Below are positions 10,077-18,888 of a stretch of 53,770 nt of DNA, one piece after another (the first letter of the stretch is position 1; every line of letters begins with the position of its first letter). The notes below the pieces were generated by a model. The model was not told the DNA's origin and searched no databases. It worked only from the letters and a program-made list of their open reading frames with translations. Source of the stretch: an uncultured Candidatus Saccharibacteria bacterium (lineage in GTDB: Bacteria > Patescibacteriota > Minisyncoccia > UBA6257 > 1-14-0-10-44-23). Both the position numbers and the translations under genes were made by a program. The DNA lies in the NCBI GenBank assembly GCA_964460325.1, contig CAYWPI010000001.1, positions 108,551 to 162,320 of the forward strand. The letters run 5' to 3'.

Positions 10077-11517
10077 AAAACTGCTGTTTCGCAACACATC
10101 CCAAAATCAAACGATCGCCAAGAACACCTTTTGGCTTTTTAGCGGCGAAATAACTGCCCGCATTATCCGCGCGGTTATTGTTATTTACGGAGCTAACCTG
10201 CTGGGCGCTGCGAACTACGGCGCATTTTCATACGCGATGGCAATCGCCGGTTTCGTGACTATTTTTTCCGATATCGGATTAAGCCAAATCCTTACCCGCG
10301 AAGTTGCTAAGGATCCGGCCAGTCGCGGGCAATATCTTTCCACGGCGCTCTTTTTGAAAGCGATTCTTATTCTTATTAATATCTCGCTCGTGATTTTTAT
10401 CGCGCCCCTTTTCACCAAAATGGAAGCGGCGCGGGCGCTCTTGCCGCTTGTCGCCTTTATCCTCGTATTTGATACGTTGCGTGACTTTGCCGCCGGCCTC
10501 TTTCGCGCGATGGAAAAAATGGAACTTGAAGCTCTTGCAAAAATCTGCACCAATGCCGCAGTGGCGACAGCCGGATTTGTCCTGCTGCTCAAAGCAGCGA
10601 CCGCCTATTCATTCGCGTTTGCTTATGTTCTTGGCACTGGCACCGGATTTATTATCACGCTCATTCTTATTTGGCCGTATGTGCGCGGCGCGTTCGCCCA
10701 CTTTAATCGTTCGCTGATTAAAACAATCGTGGTGGCCGCCTGGCCCATCGGCCTGCTTTCGCTTCTGGGCACCATTATGCTGAACACGGATATGGTAATG
10801 CTTGGCTGGATGCGCAGCCCGGCTGAGGTTGGTTTTTACGCCGCCGCCCAAAAACCCATCCTGCTTTTATATATCCTACCAACCCTTATCGCCTCGGCAA
10901 TTTTCCCCATCATGGCGCGGCTTGCCCACCAGGATGACACTCGCTTTCGGGCTATTCTTGAACGCGGCATCGCCGCCACGCTGCTGCTTGCGCTCCCGCT
11001 AGTCGTTGGCGGCGTCGTATTGCGAGCCGAAATATTCCAACTCTTCTTCCGTTCCGAATATATTCCTGCCATCCCCGTGTTTGGCATCTTACTATTTACG
11101 CTTCTTCTTGTTTTTCCGACCGCAATTCTAAACAACTCTATCTTGGCTTATAACCGACAAAAGCTATTTCTGCGATTTTTCGCGGTTGGCGCTGCCAGCA
11201 ATATCGCGCTTAACGCCTTGTTGATTCCCCCATACGGAGTTATTGGCGCGGCATTTGCCACCGTGGGCTCGCAAATTTTTTCAACCTGGCTTATGTTCCG
11301 TTCAATGAAAAAAATAAACCCGTTCCGGGTTTTTTCGCAAACGACTCGCTTTCTGATTGCCAGTATACTCATGGGCGGGCTCGTCTATCTCCTTCGCCTG
11401 TGGGGAGTCCCCTTCCTCGCCAACCTTGCCGCAGGAGTTATTGCTTATTTCTCACTGCTCTTTTTATTGAAAGAACCGCTCATTAATGAAATGAAACGGT
11501 TTCTCAAAGGGGCTTAA
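10060..11517 (+). CDS. Polysaccharide flippase (Wzx / MOP superfamily)
   Basis: About 485 aa of polytopic membrane protein with a Wzx-like pattern. The start could also be 10036. Confidence 0.75.
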   Translation: MTGRIRKLLFRNTSQNQTIAKNTFWLFSGEITARIIRAVIVIYGANLLGAANYGAFSYAMAIAGFVTIFSDIGLSQILTREVAKDPASRGQYLSTALFLKAILILINISLVIFIAPLFTKMEAARALLPLVAFILVFDTLRDFAAGLFRAMEKMELEALAKICTNAAVATAGFVLLLKAATAYSFAFAYVLGTGTGFIITLILIWPYVRGAFAHFNRSLIKTIVVAAWPIGLLSLLGTIMLNTDMVMLGWMRSPAEVGFYAAAQKPILLLYILPTLIASAIFPIMARLAHQDDTRFRAILERGIAATLLLALPLVVGGVVLRAEIFQLFFRSEYIPAIPVFGILLFTLLLVFPTAILNNSILAYNRQKLFLRFFAVGAASNIALNALLIPPYGVIGAAFATVGSQIFSTWLMFRSMKKINPFRVFSQTTRFLIASILMGGLVYLLRLWGVPFLANLAAGVIAYFSLLFLLKEPLINEMKRFLKGA

Positions 11518-12359
11518 AATTGCTTATATCGCCGCAGCAGTGCGTGCCGCAGGCGTTTCGGCAAAAGCGTATATACGTGATACAAGTAATAACGGGCGCG
11601 AGCGAGTATCGCTCCCTGATAATAACGCGGATATTTTTTCCGATATCGCGCGATAAGAGCAATCGTTCGCTTAAACTGCGCCAGCCGGTTGCGCGCTGAA
11701 ACTGTGGTGGGAAGACTAGTGAAAAAAATATCATAAGAAGCAAGGTTCGCCAGCTCGCCGACCGTTCCCAGTTTCAGCCACAAGTCATAATCTTCAATAT
11801 GCAACACCGCTTCAGTCTGCTCATATCCGCCCACTGAAAGCGCCGCGTCTTTTTTAAAAAGCACGCTTGAGTGCATAAAACAATTTTTTAAAAGAAGGCG
11901 ATGGCGAATCTCCGCGTCGCTCGTTGGCGGAATAAAACGAAGCAACTCTCGTTCATCGTCGCTCACAATAATCGCGCCAGTGCCCACCAAGACGCACGTG
12001 GGGTTCTGCGTTAAAAAATCCACCTGTCGCTCCAGTTTATCTGGAGAACACCACAAGTCATCAGCATCAATACGGGCGACATAATCGCCCTCAGCCGCTT
12101 GCAGCCCCCGCGCAAGCGTATATTGCACGCCCTTATTACCGGGATTGGTAATCACCTTTACGCGGGGCTGCGTGGCTGCATAGCTTTCAGCAACGGCTCC
12201 CGTGCCGTCGGTTGAACCATCGTCAATAATCAAAAGTTCCCAATCATGAAACGATTGAGCCAGCACGCTTTCAATCGCGCGCGCAATAAGGTGCGCACTA
12301 TTATATGCGGGCAAGATAATGCTGACAAGCGGCTTCATGGTGGCCATTATAGTATTCAT
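11514..12359 (-). CDS. Family 2 glycosyltransferase
   Basis: SIILPAYNSA...LIIDDGSTDGT...IDADD motifs. Confidence 0.85.
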   Translation of the reverse strand: MNTIMATMKPLVSIILPAYNSAHLIARAIESVLAQSFHDWELLIIDDGSTDGTGAVAESYAATQPRVKVITNPGNKGVQYTLARGLQAAEGDYVARIDADDLWCSPDKLERQVDFLTQNPTCVLVGTGAIIVSDDERELLRFIPPTSDAEIRHRLLLKNCFMHSSVLFKKDAALSVGGYEQTEAVLHIEDYDLWLKLGTVGELANLASYDIFFTSLPTTVSARNRLAQFKRTIALIARYRKKYPRYYQGAILARARYYLYHVYTLLPKRLRHALLRRYKQF

Positions 12360-13639
12360 ACATGCTCAAATCGTTTTCGGGCCGACTCTAACCGCTCGGG
12401 CGTGCCAATATCGCGGATAAACCAGTGCTGCGGCGCCATAAAACCATAGATATCTTTATCGCCAATCAATTTGAAAATAACGTCTTTTTCAAGACTGCAT
12501 TTGCCCTCTGGAATATAATCCAAAAGCGCTGGCGTGATAATAAACAAACCTGAATTGGAAATCCTCTGCTCGCTCTGTCCACGGCCGATAAACTGAATCA
12601 CTTTTGCGTTCTTGTCTAACACAATAATATCAGAGTCTAACGGATGATCAGTCTCGCGCACTAAAATGGTGCAAAATCCGTTTTTCTGCGCATCAAATTT
12701 AACAATATCAAAAAAGTTGAATTCTGGCCCAATCATCTTGTCGCCATTGACGATCACAATCTTTTTTGCGTTTTTTAAAAACGACGCCGCATTTTTAATA
12801 GTTCCGCCAGTGCCCAGCTGATCAGGCTCCGCCGGATACTCAATGCGCACGCCAAACTTCTCCCCCGTTCCAAAATACTCCTTAATCTTTTCAATCAGAT
12901 AACTGCCGCAGATGACAACATCAACGATGCCGCTCTGCTTTAACGCATTAATCTGATGCTCCAAAACAGGCTTGCCGGCGATAGGAACCATCGGCTTGGG
13001 CATTGTATCGGTAAACGGCCGCAGCCGCTCCCCACGGCCACCGGCAAGAATGAGCGCCTTTACCCCGCGCATGGCGATCATCTTTGCCGCCATCTCAAGG
13101 TTTTCAGCCTCATAATCGGCCTTTACGGGATACTTACCATCTCTACCCGCGCTGCCAGTTTTGACTAGCATTGTTGTACAGCCGGCCGTTTTACCAGCTA
13201 AAAGATCGCTCGTTGTGTCGCCAATCATAAACGACTGCGTTAAAGCAATACCAAGCTTTTGTGCCGCCTCTTTCAGCATTCCCGCTTTCGGCTTCCGGCA
13301 TTCACAATCAATCCGATACTTCATGGCTGAAGGCGGGATATCAGGATGGTTTTTTTCTGGATGATGTGGGCAAAAATAAACTGCGTCAACACGCGCGCCC
13401 TTTTGCGCAAGCAACTCTTCCATCTTGCGATGTATTCTTTCAATATCAGATTCAGTACACATGCCCCTGGCCACTTGTGGCTGATTCGTAACCACCACAA
13501 CCGTAAAACCAAGATCATTGAGAATGCTAATCCCTTCCGCGGCGCCGGGCTCTAACTCAAGCTGACTCTCGTCAGTAATAAAATCTTTATGCTTCGTGAT
13601 AGTCCCGTCCCTATCTAAAAAAACCGCTTTCTTATTCAT
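12356..13639 (-). CDS. Fusion protein: D,D-heptose 1,7-bisphosphate phosphatase (GmhB-like HAD) plus sugar-1-phosphate nucleotidyltransferase (HddC-like)
   Basis: The N-terminus has FLDRDGTI, VVVTNQPQVARG, a CPHHP...CECRKP zinc site and GDTTSDLLAG. The C-terminal half has LILAGGRGERLRPFTDTMPKPMVPIAGKP (NTP-transferase G-rich loop). Confidence 0.78.
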   Translation of the reverse strand: MNKKAVFLDRDGTITKHKDFITDESQLELEPGAAEGISILNDLGFTVVVVTNQPQVARGMCTESDIERIHRKMEELLAQKGARVDAVYFCPHHPEKNHPDIPPSAMKYRIDCECRKPKAGMLKEAAQKLGIALTQSFMIGDTTSDLLAGKTAGCTTMLVKTGSAGRDGKYPVKADYEAENLEMAAKMIAMRGVKALILAGGRGERLRPFTDTMPKPMVPIAGKPVLEHQINALKQSGIVDVVICGSYLIEKIKEYFGTGEKFGVRIEYPAEPDQLGTGGTIKNAASFLKNAKKIVIVNGDKMIGPEFNFFDIVKFDAQKNGFCTILVRETDHPLDSDIIVLDKNAKVIQFIGRGQSEQRISNSGLFIITPALLDYIPEGKCSLEKDVIFKLIGDKDIYGFMAPQHWFIRDIGTPERLESARKRFEHV

Positions 13640-13690
13640 ATGAAATGCATAGCGCTACATCGTAATAACGTTATAGCGATTAGACCATTC

Positions 13691-14683
13691 TTACACTGCC
13701 CCGTTTTGCGAATAGATAATCTGACTTCCGGTTGTTTCAAATTGAAATGGCACAATAATAAAATCTTTAAGCGCCCGCTCTACTGCCGCCCGATTTTCTG
13801 GCGCAACAAACAGCAGCATAAAGCCGCCACTGCCGGCGCCAAGCAGTTTGCCGCCAATCGCCCCCGCATGACGGGCCGTTTCATACATCGTGTCCACCTG
13901 CGAATTCGTTACCTTTGTTGTCAGGCCCCGCTTCAGCAACCACGTCTCATGAAGCAGTTTCCCAAACTCCTTGATGTCAGCTTCAGATTTTAAAATACCA
14001 ACCGCCTGATCAACCAGCGCATGCATGCGATGAAACTCGCCTTCTTTTTGAGGAATATTCTTAATCTTCTCCGCCTCAATTTCTGGCGCCAGACGAGCCA
14101 TACCCGTAAATACAAGCAATAAGTGATCTTGCAACTCTTTATTGCGAGCCGGTGAAAGCGTTACCGGGTCAACAGACAACGAACGATCTTTATGAAAGGT
14201 AAACTTATTCAATCCACCAAACGCCGCGGCCATCTGATCTTGCGAACCAACACTCTCTTTAATAAGATTCTGCTCTACATGGATTGCTTCATGGGCCAGC
14301 TCCATTTTGGTCCGCTGCCTGCCGTGCAGCGCGTGCAAAGCATTTAAAAGCCCAACCGTAAACGCCGAACTAGAACCAAGGCCGGAGCGAGCCGGCAAAT
14401 CCGCGGCATTGTGAATTTCAACTCCATCAGTAATGCGAAGGTGCTTAAACGTTTCTCTGACTGAAGGATGCTCGATCTCATCATGTCCATTAATCATCTC
14501 CACCCGCGAATAGACAATGCGGTGCTTGTGCGGGAAAAAGGGCGGCAAGCGGCGAGCCGTAATATATGAATACTTATTAATAGTCGTTGAAAGCGTCGCC
14601 CCGCCATGCTTCTCATACCAAGCTGGAAGATCGGTGCCACCGCCAAAGAACGAAATACGTAAGGGAGTTCGCGAAATAATCAT
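13691..14683 (-). CDS. hddA: D-glycero-alpha-D-manno-heptose 7-phosphate kinase (GHMP kinase, HddA-type)
   Basis: MIISRTPLRISFFGGGTDLPAWY N-terminus and a GHMP motif PARSGLGSSSA. I placed the start at 14683 rather than the track start at 14731. Confidence 0.75.
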   Translation of the reverse strand: MIISRTPLRISFFGGGTDLPAWYEKHGGATLSTTINKYSYITARRLPPFFPHKHRIVYSRVEMINGHDEIEHPSVRETFKHLRITDGVEIHNAADLPARSGLGSSSAFTVGLLNALHALHGRQRTKMELAHEAIHVEQNLIKESVGSQDQMAAAFGGLNKFTFHKDRSLSVDPVTLSPARNKELQDHLLLVFTGMARLAPEIEAEKIKNIPQKEGEFHRMHALVDQAVGILKSEADIKEFGKLLHETWLLKRGLTTKVTNSQVDTMYETARHAGAIGGKLLGAGSGGFMLLFVAPENRAAVERALKDFIIVPFQFETTGSQIIYSQNGAV

Positions 14684-14863
14684 GGGATAACAATAAATCA
14701 AAAGGCTAGTTCTGGCAATTAAGGTGGCCAAGCATTCACCAGATCGCTGGACAAAATATCAAAATGGTGTTATTTAATTACATGTTTCGTTGCTCTTTGA
14801 CATTACGAGATAGTAATTCGCCAGCGAACGGTTCGCTGGACCCCCCTTTTTCTGGAGAGATCC

Positions 14864-15703
14864 ATGCACGGATTGCGAACCTTACACCCGCTACTGCAGC
14901 ACATCGAGACGTGGCTGCTCGGCCCCGTCATGGCGCTCTACCGAGCTGCGTTCCGTAACTCCCTGGGCGAGATGGTAAAAAAGACTGACGGCACCTACGC
15001 CGGCAAACTCGACAACGCCATCGCCCAGAGCTGCCGCAACGCCTTTCAAAATCACTGCGAGGTAGTTACCGAAGAAGATGCGGTAATCGGCTGGCCACCC
15101 CAAAGCGGCAAGCGAACACTACTTCTTGATCCGCTCGATGGAACCCACAACGAAGGAATGGGCTGGCTCTCCTTTGGAACCCAGTTCATCCTCGTCGAAG
15201 ACGGCATTCCCACGCTCTCCGTCATCCTGCGGCCGGGCTGGGAAGGGCTTACTCACACCGGCATCAACGTGGCTATCAAGGGCACGGGCGCGTACCGCTA
15301 CAACAGCTCCGCTGCCGTGTTGCACCGCCTTCAAATCTCCTCTGAGGCCAATCTCGAGCGGGCGTGCGTCCTCTTCGAGGGTCCGCCCCGAACGCAAAAG
15401 GCTCACCCAGGGGTTGAGCGCGTTAAGCAGCTCAGCTGCCGACACCGCGTCACCCCTTCGTGCGCCGAAAGCGGCGTGCTCATAGCTCACGGCAATCTGG
15501 TTCCCCTACCCGCGCACGCGCTGGTGGCGGTAGCCAACAAGCCGTGGGACAACCTGCCACCGGCACTCCTCATCGAAGAAGCAGGTGGTAAGGTTACGGA
15601 TTTCCAGGGAAACCCCTGGGGACTTCAAGCCCGCGACGTTGTCGCGGCAAACCCAATTCTGCACGCGGCCATCCTGGCTGCGATGCGCAACGAAAAGGAG
15701 TAA
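14864..15703 (+). CDS. Inositol monophosphatase / CysQ-family phosphatase (high-GC island gene 1)
   Basis: 279 aa with VVTEED, LLLDPLDGTHN and KPWDNLPPALLIEEAGG motifs. A GGAGAG RBS lies 4 nt upstream of the ATG. Confidence 0.72.
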   Translation: MHGLRTLHPLLQHIETWLLGPVMALYRAAFRNSLGEMVKKTDGTYAGKLDNAIAQSCRNAFQNHCEVVTEEDAVIGWPPQSGKRTLLLDPLDGTHNEGMGWLSFGTQFILVEDGIPTLSVILRPGWEGLTHTGINVAIKGTGAYRYNSSAAVLHRLQISSEANLERACVLFEGPPRTQKAHPGVERVKQLSCRHRVTPSCAESGVLIAHGNLVPLPAHALVAVANKPWDNLPPALLIEEAGGKVTDFQGNPWGLQARDVVAANPILHAAILAAMRNEKE

Positions 15704-15707
15704 CACC

Positions 15708-16877
15708 TTGCCGTATCAAGACATCACTGAGAAGTTCCTTCTTCCCGAAAGCGTTGACCTGTTCGGCCGACGTTTCCTCATCAACCCGAAGAACGGACAC
15801 TTCCGCATGGGAGTGCCCAACGGCGTCCAGGTCGTGGGATTCACCCCCGACATGAAAATCGTTGCCATCACCGAAGAGAAGGATGACGGCTCGATCTACA
15901 CCCACCTGCCGAGCGGGATGACCGACCTGACGGAGCGGTCAATTGAACAGACCGCCGCAGACGAGTTCGCCGAGGAAACCGGTTACAGCTTCAAGAAGCT
16001 CATCCTGCTCTCCTTGGCCGAACAGGCACCTGCTCACGTCATCGGCTTTGACGCGATCTACGTCGCGCTCGGCTGCGTGTTAGACATCAACCGGACACGA
16101 CAGCCAGACCTGACGGAGAAGATCCTGAAGGTCGAGGAGCTCACACCTGCCGAACTCGAGCGACGAATGTATGCTTACCTGACTGCCGACTCTCCGCCCT
16201 ACAAAAAAGGGCGTAACTCATTCGCCAGCCTCCGGATGGCGATGATCTGGGCAGAGAAACAGGGGCTGTTCAACAAGCCGGTGACCGATGCGAGTCCACG
16301 ACTGATTGTACTCGCAGGTCTTCCGACAACGGGCAAGACGACCCTTGGCGACTTGCTCGAGCAGAGACTCAACATCCACTTCGCCGACATCGACCGAGTG
16401 AAGAAAGTGCTCTACGGGCTTCCCACGCGTGCCGAATACCAATGGCGACAGGCCAACCCGGAAGCGGGTGACGCCAAGAGTGCCGCCGAAATGCGCCGAG
16501 CTTACACCTCGTTGCACGACGGGCTCAACGTCGCGCTGGATGACGGGCTCAACACCATCGTCGCCGCCACGTATTCGAAAAAAGGCAGTCAGGAGTTCCT
16601 TTCTGCCATCGCGAAGCGTCATGGAGCACGCGTGAAAGTTGTCCTGCTGACGCTCAGAGACGACAGCGAAGAGGTCATCAACCAACGCATCAGGCGCGAC
16701 GCGAAGAGCACCGAGATCCATGGCTGCGCGAGCTATGAACACTACCTGCGCGACAAGGCTCGTTACCAGGCGGTCACCACGACAGGCGTTTTCCCGCCCG
16801 AGTCCATCCTCGAGATCGACTCGAGCCAGCCCGTCGACGCGTACATCGACCGCGTCATCGAGTTCGTCCAGAAGTAA
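15708..16877 (+). CDS. Nudix-like hydrolase domain fused to a P-loop kinase/ATPase domain (high-GC island gene 2)
   Basis: The start is TTG at 15708, 7 nt after AAGGAG and 5 nt after the IMPase-like gene's stop. A Nudix-box-like segment reads IEQTAADEFAEETGYS. A Walker A motif reads LAGLPTTGKTTLGDL. Confidence 0.6.
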   Translation: MPYQDITEKFLLPESVDLFGRRFLINPKNGHFRMGVPNGVQVVGFTPDMKIVAITEEKDDGSIYTHLPSGMTDLTERSIEQTAADEFAEETGYSFKKLILLSLAEQAPAHVIGFDAIYVALGCVLDINRTRQPDLTEKILKVEELTPAELERRMYAYLTADSPPYKKGRNSFASLRMAMIWAEKQGLFNKPVTDASPRLIVLAGLPTTGKTTLGDLLEQRLNIHFADIDRVKKVLYGLPTRAEYQWRQANPEAGDAKSAAEMRRAYTSLHDGLNVALDDGLNTIVAATYSKKGSQEFLSAIAKRHGARVKVVLLTLRDDSEEVINQRIRRDAKSTEIHGCASYEHYLRDKARYQAVTTTGVFPPESILEIDSSQPVDAYIDRVIEFVQK

Positions 16878-16903
16878 AAATCTGGCCGAACAGCGACCCC
16901 AGA

Positions 16904-16951
16904 GGTCGCCACCAACTCCCTCACTAGGGATGCGGTGGCGGCCTCTTTTTT
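16904..16951 (+). terminator. GC-rich intrinsic terminator after island gene 2
   Basis: A 10-bp stem GGTCGCCACC / GGTGGCGGCC with an inner stem, followed by TCTTTTTT. Confidence 0.65.
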
Positions 16952-17053
16952 ATTGACAAAAATAAAAAAATCTGCTATTTAATAATACACGCTGCCTTTG
17001 GGCAGATAGACCTTTAAAAACCAGCGGGCTCAAGCCCAGGAAGGCAGGATTGG

Positions 17054-17749
17054 ATGCTCAGCGCTTGCGAGCTTTTTCCGAAGATGGCCAAGGCCATCAA
17101 GGAGTCCCACGACGAGGTGGGCATGGCGGGAACCGGGCATGACTTCGACCACGCGCTCCAAGTGGCGCAAGTCGCCCTGCTCATCGCCGAAGACGAGAGG
17201 ACCCGGCGATTGGCGGGAGCAGCAGGGCTGTGCCACAACGCCGATCGCATCCTCCAGAAGAAGCTCGGCGTGGGCAAGAAGGATGTGCCCAACCAGCTCG
17301 TCCTCGCGATGCTGGCGGCATGGCTTGCGCTGGAGCACTTCACGCCCGACGACATCGACAGCATCACAAACGCAGTGCTGAGGCACAGCGGGCTCAACGA
17401 CCCCAGTGACAGCGCGGTGCAAATCGCGCTGATGGACGCAGACCGCATCGTCTGCTCCAACGCCGAAAACGTCATGTCGGCGGCGGCTTTCTGGAGGGAG
17501 CTCCCAACGATCGACCCGAAATGGCTGACGGGCGACCCGACAGCACATAGCTACCAGAACCCCAAGTCCATCCTCAAGAACCTGGAGTGCCGGTTCGACT
17601 GGGTGGACCCGCATTCCAAGACGTGCGTGCGTCTGCCCCGAGCCAAGCAAATGATGGAAAGTCGAGTCGCCTCCATCCGCAACTACATCAAGCGGATCGA
17701 GGCCGAGCGAACGGAGATGGGCCTCTGGCCCAACTATCCGGAAATCTGA
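17054..17749 (+). CDS. HD-domain phosphohydrolase (high-GC island gene 3)
   Basis: 231 aa with GHDFDHALQVAQ (H..HD) and later H/D residues (LCHNADRI, LMDADRI). An AT-rich TTGACA-containing promoter-like stretch lies at about 16953-16990. Confidence 0.62.
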   Translation: MLSACELFPKMAKAIKESHDEVGMAGTGHDFDHALQVAQVALLIAEDERTRRLAGAAGLCHNADRILQKKLGVGKKDVPNQLVLAMLAAWLALEHFTPDDIDSITNAVLRHSGLNDPSDSAVQIALMDADRIVCSNAENVMSAAAFWRELPTIDPKWLTGDPTAHSYQNPKSILKNLECRFDWVDPHSKTCVRLPRAKQMMESRVASIRNYIKRIEAERTEMGLWPNYPEI

Positions 17750-17766
17750 CCGCGAGCGCACCCCGG

Positions 17767-17812
17767 GGCCGCGGCGATGGGAACCAACCCACCGCCGCGG
17801 CCTCTTTTATTT
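17767..17812 (+). terminator. GC-rich intrinsic terminator closing the island
   Basis: GGCCGCGGCG...CGCCGCGGCC 10-bp stem followed by TCTTTTATTT. Confidence 0.65.
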
Positions 17813-17821
17813 ATTACGTAA

Positions 17822-18790
17822 TTATTTACGTACCTCCCTGTTTGAAACCACTTTTCCTGCCGGATCAATAAACGTAATCGTTTTTTGATTCACTAACTGT
17901 TTTTTAAAATCTTCAATTCGCTTTTTATACGCTGCAACCAAAACGGCATCAAACTGGCGTAAGTCTTGCCCCACCGCGTGCGAACGGCCAAAGCTGGCCG
18001 CAAGCGGCAAGCCATAAGAAAGATATCCTTTTGCGTTAAAATCAAAGCAAAAATCAAGCAGCGCCGCATTCGTTTTTGTCTCAGCTGGAAAGCGCCGCGT
18101 GTTAGCCACATATACGCTTTTGCGCATTACCATATTCCCTTCTGGAAACGCCCGGCTGGTTTTCAGCCAATAAAAGAACCAATCTTCTTTTTGTGGTATT
18201 GGTTGTTTGGTAAAGCTTTTCAGCACCATCAGTGCCCTCTTTGGCGTTAGCTTGCGAGCAAAATACCACAGACGCTTGAATGAAGCCGGCCGACGCCAAT
18301 CTATCTTGGCAACCAACGTTCCCATCGGCTGCGTTTTTGCTGGATAAAGCGGATCACTCAAAAAACTGCCATATGCATAATGCGGGCCAAGCAACTTGCC
18401 ATCTTCACTCATATTAAACGGAATACCCCAGACCAGCGAAACCTCTGGCCTGGCATCAAGCACTTCGGCGCAACGAGCAAACCAATTTTGGTTCAGATAA
18501 CCATCTTGACCACAGAGCATGGTAATATACTCGCCCTTTGCAAGCGCCAACGCCTTATCAAGCGCGTCCCACTGCCCCTTATCGGGTTCCGAACGATAGA
18601 TAATATTGGGATGCTTTGCCGCAAACTCTTTAATAATATCAAGTGTCTTATCCGTCGAAGCGCCATCCATAATGATAAGCTCCCAAGCAGGGTAATTTTG
18701 CGCAACCACACTTTCAAGCGTTTCCCGAATGAAACGCTCATCGTTACGCACCGCGCAGATTATTGAAATCAGAGATTTTTGTGTTGCCAT
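17822..18790 (-). CDS. Family 2 glycosyltransferase
   Basis: SIICAVRNDERFI...LIIMDGASTDKT motifs; 322 aa. Confidence 0.82.
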   Translation of the reverse strand: MATQKSLISIICAVRNDERFIRETLESVVAQNYPAWELIIMDGASTDKTLDIIKEFAAKHPNIIYRSEPDKGQWDALDKALALAKGEYITMLCGQDGYLNQNWFARCAEVLDARPEVSLVWGIPFNMSEDGKLLGPHYAYGSFLSDPLYPAKTQPMGTLVAKIDWRRPASFKRLWYFARKLTPKRALMVLKSFTKQPIPQKEDWFFYWLKTSRAFPEGNMVMRKSVYVANTRRFPAETKTNAALLDFCFDFNAKGYLSYGLPLAASFGRSHAVGQDLRQFDAVLVAAYKKRIEDFKKQLVNQKTITFIDPAGKVVSNREVRK

Positions 18791-18888
18791 ATCATTATTA
18801 TTGTTAGTAAGCTTTTGCGTCGCGCCACATTACCGCCTCAATTGTATATCATTATCTATCTCTACTATACAATCACCACAATCAGAAC

